Source: Bacillota bacterium
Lineage (GTDB): Bacteria; Bacillota; Clostridia; Tissierellales; Peptoniphilaceae
Reading direction: 5' to 3'
Assembly: GCA_023393715.1 (NCBI GenBank)
Contig: JAEXCD010000091.1
Coordinates: 1-50,522 of the forward strand
Length of the DNA: 50,522 nt
Below the pieces are notes generated by a model. It saw only the letters and a program-made list of their open reading frames with translations. It had not been told where the DNA came from and did not search any database. The position numbers and the translations under genes are program-made. Of the stretch, positions 44,909 to 50,522 are shown one piece after another; position 1 is the stretch's first letter, and every line of letters begins with the position of its first letter.

Positions 44909-46915
44909 ATGGAAAATTTGCAGCGGATGCGCGCGTTGATCGATCGCGTGACGGAGCTGAATTATCATTACTATACGCTGGATGAGCCGCTCGTCGCCGA
45001 TGCCGAGTACGATCGCCTCTATGACGAGCTCCGCGCTTTAGAGGAGCGGGAAGGCCACGTCGAGCCGGATTCGCCGACACAGCGCGTGGGCGGAGCGCTC
45101 CTCGAAAAATTTACAAAGCACCTTCATCTGGGGCAGCTGTACAGCCTGGACAAAAGTCAAAGCGAGGCGCAGGTTCGTTCCTGGGTTCAGCGCGTCGAAC
45201 GGAGCATCGACGAGTACAATGCGGCGCATCGGGAAGAGCCGCTGCCAAGACCGGTCTTTTTATGTGAGCTGAAATTTGACGGCCTGACGATCAACCTGAC
45301 CTACGAGGGCGGGCATTTAGTGATGGCGGCGACGCGCGGGAACGGTGCGGTCGGAGAAGAAATTCTCCCGGCGGTGCGGACCATTCGTTCGATTCCGCTG
45401 AAAATTGCGTATCCGGGACGGATTGAGGTGCAGGGAGAGGGCGTTTTGCCGCTTTCGGCGCTCGAGCGCTACAACCGGCACGCGGAGGTGCCGCTAAAAA
45501 ATGCGCGCAACGGCGCGGCGGGCGCGCTCCGCAATCTCGATCCGAATGTCGCGGCGCAGCGCGGCATCGATTGTTACCTGTATAATGTCGGGTATGCCGA
45601 AGAAACGCTCTTTTCGACGGAAACGGAAATGCTGGCTTTTCTGCGGGAAAACCACTTTAAGGTACACCCGTTTCTCCGACGCTGCACCTCGGTTGATGAG
45701 GTGCTGAATGTATTGGAGGAGGTTTCCGGGCTTCGCCGCCGCCTTGATGTGCTGACGGACGGCGTGGTCATTAAAATAGATGATCTGAAAACGCGGGAGG
45801 TATTGGGCTTTACGGCGAAATTCCCCCGCTGGGCCATTGCGTTCAAATTTGAGGCGGAGGAGCGGACGACGACGCTGGAGCGCGTAGAATGGAATGTGGG
45901 GCGAACGGGCAAGGTGACACCGATCGCGGTGCTGGAGCCCGTCGAGCTCGGCGGCGTGACGGTCGCGCGCGCGACGCTCAACAACTACGACGATATCGTG
46001 CGAAAAGGCGTTCGCCTCGGAGCGCACGTCTGGATTCGCCGTTCCAATGAGGTGATCCCCGAAATTTTGGGCACGGTGGAGGACGAGTCGATTCCGACGG
46101 AGGAAATCGCGAAGCCGACGCATTGCCCGGCGTGCGGCGCCGAGCTGATCTATGACCGGGTGCATATCTATTGTCCCAACTCGCTTTCCTGCGTGCCGCA
46201 GCTCAATGCGCGCATGACGCACTATTGCTCGCGAAATGCGATGAATATTGAGGGGCTCTCCGAAAAGACGCTTGACAAGCTCATCGAGCAGGGCTTGCGG
46301 GATTTGTCCGAGCTGTACGAGCTCGACAAGGAACGCCTTCTGTCGATTGAGGGCTTTCAGGAGAAAAAGGCGACAAAGCTGCTCGCGGCGATTGACGCGT
46401 CTCGAACGGCAAAGCTCAGTGCCTTTCTGTATGCCATCGGCATTCCGGAGGTCGGTGAAAAGACGGCACGCGATTTGGCGGATGCATTCGATACGCTGGA
46501 GGATCTGCGCAGGGCCGGGGTCGAGGAGCTCGAGAGGATCGAGGATGTCGGCGAGGTGACGGCACAGAATATCGTCGAATTTTTCCGGGATGAACACATT
46601 GCGGAGGGACTGTCGAAGCTGCTCGCACAGGGCATCGTTTTGGAAAATGAAAAGAAAGCGCCGGGATCCGGCGTATTGTCGGGTAAGCGCGTCGTCGTCA
46701 CCGGTACGGTTGACGGCTACAGTCGAAAGGAAATTGAAGAGGCGATCCGCCGTCTGGGCGGGCGCGCTCAGGGCTCGGTTTCCAAATCCACGGATCTCGT
46801 ACTGGCGGGTGAAAAGGCCGGCTCGAAAAGAGAAAAGGCGCTCGAATTGGGTGTTTCGATTCTCGAGGGAGAGGCGCTGAACCAATTCTTGAAGGAGCAA
46901 ATCAATGGGAAGTGA
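44909..46915 (+). CDS. ligA: NAD-dependent DNA ligase LigA
   Basis: Adenylation motif CELKFDG, OB fold, zinc finger CPACGAEL...CPN..C, HhH repeats and a C-terminal BRCT domain (GKRVVVTGT...). Confidence 0.92.
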   Translation: MENLQRMRALIDRVTELNYHYYTLDEPLVADAEYDRLYDELRALEEREGHVEPDSPTQRVGGALLEKFTKHLHLGQLYSLDKSQSEAQVRSWVQRVERSIDEYNAAHREEPLPRPVFLCELKFDGLTINLTYEGGHLVMAATRGNGAVGEEILPAVRTIRSIPLKIAYPGRIEVQGEGVLPLSALERYNRHAEVPLKNARNGAAGALRNLDPNVAAQRGIDCYLYNVGYAEETLFSTETEMLAFLRENHFKVHPFLRRCTSVDEVLNVLEEVSGLRRRLDVLTDGVVIKIDDLKTREVLGFTAKFPRWAIAFKFEAEERTTTLERVEWNVGRTGKVTPIAVLEPVELGGVTVARATLNNYDDIVRKGVRLGAHVWIRRSNEVIPEILGTVEDESIPTEEIAKPTHCPACGAELIYDRVHIYCPNSLSCVPQLNARMTHYCSRNAMNIEGLSEKTLDKLIEQGLRDLSELYELDKERLLSIEGFQEKKATKLLAAIDASRTAKLSAFLYAIGIPEVGEKTARDLADAFDTLEDLRRAGVEELERIEDVGEVTAQNIVEFFRDEHIAEGLSKLLAQGIVLENEKKAPGSGVLSGKRVVVTGTVDGYSRKEIEEAIRRLGGRAQGSVSKSTDLVLAGEKAGSKREKALELGVSILEGEALNQFLKEQINGK

Positions 46916-47543
46916 CAAACGGCAGATGCTGATTCTGGCGACCGGAAATCGGGACAAGGTTCGCGAATTGAGCGAGATGATCGATCCGGAAAAATATGAG
47001 GTGCTTTCCAAAGCGGAGGTCGGACTGGCGGATTTTGAGGTCGAGGAGGACGGCGCGACGCTTGAGGAGAATGCCGAAAAAAAAGCGCGCGAGATCGCGC
47101 GCGCTCTGCGGGAGGAAGACGCCGCGCGGGCGCGCTTCGAGGATGCATTGATTTTAGCGGATGACACCGGATTATTTGTCGACGCCCTGGGCGGAGCGCC
47201 GGGCGTTTACTCTGCACGGTACGCGGGGGAGCATTGCAGCTATCAGGACAATGTAGCAAAGCTGCTGGAGGCGATGCGGGACGTAGCCGATGATGCGCGG
47301 ACGGCGGTCTTCCGCACGGTAATCGCCGTCGTCCGGGGCGAGGCTTGCACGCTCGTCCGGGGGGCGCTGCCCGGACGAATCGCCCGTGCCGCGCGGGGCG
47401 AGCATGGCTTCGGCTACGATCCGGTCTTCGAGCTGAGCGACGGCCGCACACTGGCGCAGTGCAGCGACACGGAGAAAAACGAGATCAGTCACCGTGCGCG
47501 GGCGTACCGGAAGCTGATCGAGTGGATGGACGGCGTTCGATGA
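46905..47543 (+). CDS. rdgB: Non-canonical purine NTP pyrophosphatase (RdgB/HAM1 family)
   Basis: LATGNRDKVRE, ADDTGLFVDALGGAPGVYSARY, FGYDPVF and SHR motifs. Overlaps ligA by 11 nt. Confidence 0.85.
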   Translation: MGSDKRQMLILATGNRDKVRELSEMIDPEKYEVLSKAEVGLADFEVEEDGATLEENAEKKAREIARALREEDAARARFEDALILADDTGLFVDALGGAPGVYSARYAGEHCSYQDNVAKLLEAMRDVADDARTAVFRTVIAVVRGEACTLVRGALPGRIARAARGEHGFGYDPVFELSDGRTLAQCSDTEKNEISHRARAYRKLIEWMDGVR

Positions 47544-48022
47544 GCGTGCGCATTCTGGTTTGCTCGGACACGCATCGCGTTCTTCACGCGGTGACGGAGG
47601 AAATTCTTACGGCAAAGCCGGATCGGATTTTCCACCTTGGAGACCTGACGGAGGACGCCGCGCTCATGCAGCGGCTGACGGGGCGGAGCATACTTGCGGT
47701 TCGGGGCAATAATGATTATGCGGATTTTGACACCCCCTGGGAGCGCGTCGTCGAAATCGAAGGCTTTCCGTTGCTTCTGACGCACGGTCACCGGTTCGGC
47801 ATTTATCGCGGGCCGGAGCAGCTGTGCCGGCACGCGGCGGAGCTGGGATGCAGAATTGCCCTGTATGGGCATACACATGCCTATGCCTGCGGCGTCCACG
47901 GTTCGGTGCTTTACCTCAACCCGGGGGCCGCTGCGTATCCGCGCGGCGACGGTCGCGAGAGCGTGGCCTGTTTGACGCTGCAGAGAGGAGCGGAGCCCCT
48001 GGTGGAGCGCGTAGAACTGTGA
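47540..48022 (+). CDS. YfcE/MJ0936-family metallophosphoesterase
   Basis: ILVCSDTH, HLGD, GNND, THGH and GHTH motifs. ATGA overlap with rdgB. Confidence 0.8.
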   Translation: MSVRILVCSDTHRVLHAVTEEILTAKPDRIFHLGDLTEDAALMQRLTGRSILAVRGNNDYADFDTPWERVVEIEGFPLLLTHGHRFGIYRGPEQLCRHAAELGCRIALYGHTHAYACGVHGSVLYLNPGAAAYPRGDGRESVACLTLQRGAEPLVERVEL

Positions 48023-48096
48023 TTCGGTTGAGGGCGCCGGTGTACTGACGTATCGGGATGAAGAGGGGGACGAAGCGGCGTTTTTGCGCAAACACA

Positions 48097-48125
48097 TTGA
48101 CAAAGCGGGGGAATGACAGTATACT
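48097..48125 (+). promoter_or_regulatory. Sigma-A promoter of the tRNA pair
   Basis: TTGACA (48097-48102), 17 nt, TATACT (48120-48125). Confidence 0.6.
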
Positions 48126-48148
48126 GTGTAGGTCTGCTGCTCTTATAT

Positions 48149-48226
48149 GGTGGGTATGGCCTAGTTGGTTATGGCGCCAGGTTGTGGCCCTGGAGATCGA
48201 GGGTTCGAATCCCTCTACTCACCCCA
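48149..48226 (+). tRNA. tRNA-His (anticodon GTG), with encoded G-1 and CCA
   Basis: Cloverleaf folded by hand. G-1 plus acceptor GTGGGTA/TACTCAC, anticodon arm CCAGG-TTGTGGC-CCTGG, T arm GAGGG-TTCGAAT-CCCTC, discriminator C and CCA. Confidence 0.9.
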
Positions 48227-48231
48227 TCCTC

Positions 48232-48315
48232 GCGGGAATGGCGGAATTGGCAGACGCGCTAGACTTAGGATCTAGTGTCCATGACGTGGGGGTTCAAGTC
48301 CCTTTTCCCGCACCA
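48232..48315 (+). tRNA. tRNA-Leu (anticodon TAG), long variable arm, encoded CCA
   Basis: Acceptor GCGGGAA/TTCCCGC, anticodon arm CTAGA-CTTAGGA-TCTAG, a 12-nt variable arm, T loop TTCAAGT and ACCA end. It starts 5 nt after tRNA-His. Confidence 0.9.
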
Positions 48316-48318
48316 GTT

Positions 48319-48366
48319 CGAGTGTCCTTGCAGCATGTGATGTGCTGCGTATGGCACTCGTTTTTT
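48319..48366 (+). terminator. Intrinsic terminator after the tRNA pair
   Basis: Outer stem CGAGTG (48319-48324) with CACTCG (48355-48360) and inner stem GCAGCAT/GTGCTGC. Followed by TTTTTT (48361-48366). Confidence 0.6.
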
Positions 48367-48447
48367 ATTGGAGAAAATGATGCGCTCGATATTGGGTATA
48401 AGATACAACAGGATACGAATGGAGGAGAAAAGGACGGAGGAAACGAT

Positions 48448-49008
48448 ATGGCACAGTATACGAAGAAAGCGATTGCGGATTGTTTTGTAGCGCTATTGAA
48501 CGAACGTCCCTTTGATAAGATTTCTGTCGTCGATATCGCCGATCGGTGCGGCATTACGCGCAATACCTTCTATTACTACTATAACGACATTTATGATCTG
48601 ATCGATACGCTTTTTCGGGAGGAGATCGAACGCATTCTTGCGGAGAGCTTAGCGTATGATTCGTGGCAGGATGCGTTTCTGAATGTCACAAAATTTATTC
48701 AATCCAACAAGCAGGCGCTATATCATCTCTACCATTCGACAAACCGCTCCCTGGTGGAAACCTATTTTTACGACGCTGCGTTGATCGGCATGACGCGATA
48801 TGTCGAAAAAGATGCCGAGGCTTTGGAGCTGGGCAAGGAAGACGTGCGCGTCGCTGCGATTTTCGTAACATCGGCAATATTTGGCCTGATGATGCGATGG
48901 CTTCAAAATGGAATGAAGGAGGATATCCACGACTATATTGTCCACATTGGCCGCATCCTCGATACCATTATCCGAAAGGCTGCTGAGGATTATCGCGCGG
49001 AAGCGTGA
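48448..49008 (+). CDS. TetR/AcrR family transcriptional regulator
   Basis: N-terminal HTH FDKISVVDIADRCGITRNTFYYYYNDIYDL, 186 aa. ATG 48448 follows GGACGGAGGA. The ORF-track start 48058 reads through both tRNA genes. Confidence 0.8.
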   Translation: MAQYTKKAIADCFVALLNERPFDKISVVDIADRCGITRNTFYYYYNDIYDLIDTLFREEIERILAESLAYDSWQDAFLNVTKFIQSNKQALYHLYHSTNRSLVETYFYDAALIGMTRYVEKDAEALELGKEDVRVAAIFVTSAIFGLMMRWLQNGMKEDIHDYIVHIGRILDTIIRKAAEDYRAEA

Positions 49009-49051
49009 GGCAGATTCTTTCGTCAAATTTTCTAAAAAAATGTGCAATTCG

Positions 49052-49088
49052 AGCAAAGTGTCCGATTTTTTGGCACTTTGCTTTTTTT
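49052..49088 (+). terminator. Intrinsic terminator after the TetR gene
   Basis: AGCAAAGTG (49052-49060) pairs with CACTTTGCT (49074-49082), followed by TTTTTT. Confidence 0.7.
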
Positions 49089-49172
49089 GACCATGGAAGA
49101 GCGGAAAAACGGTTGATATACTGAAGATAATCCTGTGTAGAAGCGAAGGAGCACTTGGGAAGGAGGAGATAG

Positions 49173-50522
49173 ATGAACGTAACAGACCAAGTCCGGCGCG
49201 CGGCGATCATGAAGCTTTACGATTATGTCGATAACAATCCGGAAAAGCGGCTTCTTAAGCTCTTTGATAAGCTGATGGATGAGGACGATGCCGATACCGT
49301 AACCCGGCAGTCGGAATCGGCTCGCGAGGGCTTTATGGATCCGAACGGAAATTGGCGAGAGCTGATTCTGAGTCTTTGGCGTGATGTGGATGCGGCACAG
49401 CGGAGAAAGCTGTTTGAAACCGCCGCAGTCAACGGTACGCTGATCGGTTACAAAAAGCAAAAGCAGTATCGGGAAAAACTGGATTGTAATATTCCGTGGG
49501 CGATATTGGTCGATCCGACGAGTGCATGCAATCTCAAATGTACGGGGTGCTGGGCGGCGGAATATGGGCACGCGCTTAATCTGAGCCTGGAGGAGCTCGA
49601 CGGAATTATCGAGCAGGGAAAAGAGTTCGGATGTTACGTCTACATATACTCCGGCGGAGAACCGACGGTTCGGAAGAAGGATATTATCACTCTTTGTGAG
49701 CGGCACCCGGAATGCGCCTTCCTCGCCTTTACAAACGGCACGCTGATCGATGAAGCGTTTGCCGACGAAATGCTTCGCGTCGGGAATTTTGTCCCGGCGA
49801 TTTCAGTGGAGGGCTTTGAGCAGGATACGGATTTTCGGCGCGGCGAAGGGACGTTTCAGGCCGTTCGCCGCGCCATGGAGCTGCTCCGGCGCAAAAAGCT
49901 GCTGTTCGGCATTTCGTGCTGCTATACATCAAAGAACACGGAATTTATCGGGAGTGAAGCCTACTTTGATGCGATGATCGAATGGGGCGCAAAATTCTGC
50001 TGGTTCTTTACCTATATGCCCATCGGGAGGGATGCGGTGCCCGAGCTCATTGCGACGGCGGAGCAGCGCGAATACATGTATCATCAGGTGCGGAAATTCC
50101 GTTCGACGAAGCCGCTGTTTACCATCGATTTCTGGAACGACGGGGAATACGTCAACGGATGCATTGCGGGAGGACGGAGCTATCTGCACATCAACGCCCG
50201 AGGGGATATCGAGCCCTGCGCCTTTATCCACTATTCCGATTCCAACATTCGCACCGACCGTTTGCTCGATGCGTTTCAGAAGCCCTTGTTTCAGGAATAC
50301 TACCGAAATCAGCCGTTTAACGAGAACCTGCTTCGGCCCTGTCCGGTGCTCGATAATCCCGGAAGGCTGACGGAGATGGTCGCGCGCTCCGGGGCATACT
50401 CGACCGATGTCGCCGCGCCGGAGGAGGCCTGTGAATACTGCGGAAAGTGCGAGGCCGCCGCTGAAAGATGGAAGCCGGTTGCCGACCGCCTGTGGCGCGA
50501 AGCAGGGCGGCCGGAGGAGGAC
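49173..50522 (+). CDS. Radical SAM protein, 3' end beyond the window (450 codons visible)
   Basis: The ORF is not in the supplied track because it has no stop in the window. My own translation from ATG 49173 (AGGAGGAG RBS) is open to base 50522. It shows the CX3CX2C cluster CNLKCTGC after a roughly 115-aa N-terminal extension, SGGEPT, and a later Cys-containing auxiliary region (GCIAGG...GDIEPCAF, RPCPV, CEYCGKC). Confidence 0.8.
   Translation, partial: MNVTDQVRRAAIMKLYDYVDNNPEKRLLKLFDKLMDEDDADTVTRQSESAREGFMDPNGNWRELILSLWRDVDAAQRRKLFETAAVNGTLIGYKKQKQYREKLDCNIPWAILVDPTSACNLKCTGCWAAEYGHALNLSLEELDGIIEQGKEFGCYVYIYSGGEPTVRKKDIITLCERHPECAFLAFTNGTLIDEAFADEMLRVGNFVPAISVEGFEQDTDFRRGEGTFQAVRRAMELLRRKKLLFGISCCYTSKNTEFIGSEAYFDAMIEWGAKFCWFFTYMPIGRDAVPELIATAEQREYMYHQVRKFRSTKPLFTIDFWNDGEYVNGCIAGGRSYLHINARGDIEPCAFIHYSDSNIRTDRLLDAFQKPLFQEYYRNQPFNENLLRPCPVLDNPGRLTEMVARSGAYSTDVAAPEEACEYCGKCEAAAERWKPVADRLWREAGRPEED

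Noticed and set aside
45494-47167. 557-aa ORF antisense to ligA/rdgB
   Set aside because: Same reasoning as for clpC. LigA (KxDG, Zn finger, BRCT) and RdgB motifs are clear on the + strand, and the antisense product is Arg/Ser/Ala-rich and featureless.
48058-48447. N-terminal 130 codons of the 316-aa ORF 48058-49008
   Set aside because: This part reads straight through a promoter, tRNA-His, tRNA-Leu and a terminator. The real TetR gene starts at ATG 48448 behind a GGAGGA RBS.
1-50522. Scan for CRISPR arrays, IS elements, integrases, prophage or toxin genes, and rRNA
   Set aside because: No direct-repeat/spacer arrays, terminal inverted repeats, transposase/recombinase-like ORFs or rRNA-like sequence were seen. 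Repeats are limited to terminator stems and operator-sized motifs.

Overview
This is a 50.5 kb stretch of a visibly GC-rich Firmicutes chromosome that looks Clostridia-like. Nearly all genes are on the + strand and densely packed, often with 1-20 nt start/stop overlaps. Most of the window is core housekeeping in a Bacillus-type origin-proximal order. The first block is ctsR, an McsA-like gene, clpC, radA, carD and a yacL-like PIN/TRAM gene. The second is a Met T-box followed by metG, tatD, rnmV, rsmA(ksgA), then veg and ispE. The third is tsaE, tsaB, rimI, tsaD, pcrA, ligA, rdgB and a yfcE-like gene, followed by tRNA-His and tRNA-Leu. Several more accessory-looking units sit between these blocks: (i) a surface-glycan locus cut by the left edge (flippase, two GT2 genes, a TupA-like ATP-grasp gene and a convergent opine-dehydrogenase-family gene); (ii) an EF-G paralogue with altered GTPase motifs; (iii) a translationally coupled SPFH/Band-7 plus Arc-type RHH pair followed by sbcDC; (iv) a glutaredoxin-like gene, a DUF1858 gene and an M18 aminopeptidase; (v) an envelope neighbourhood with a VanY-like protein lacking all zinc ligands, galE, a complete Bce-type module (response regulator, intramembrane-sensing kinase, ABC ATPase, FtsX-type permease), murJ and a DUF2207 membrane protein; (vi) an FMN riboswitch upstream of an ECF S-component (RibU-like); (vii) a TetR regulator and a radical SAM gene cut by the right edge. 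I found no CRISPR array, transposase, integrase, prophage genes or rRNA. I did not find a convincing new multi-gene system. The items most worth a second look are the SPFH-RHH pair, the zinc-ligand-less VanY-like protein, the EF-G paralogue, the unusual ctsR leader, and the ctsR operon that lacks mcsB. All calls come from reading the translations and DNA motifs by eye; no database search was run.
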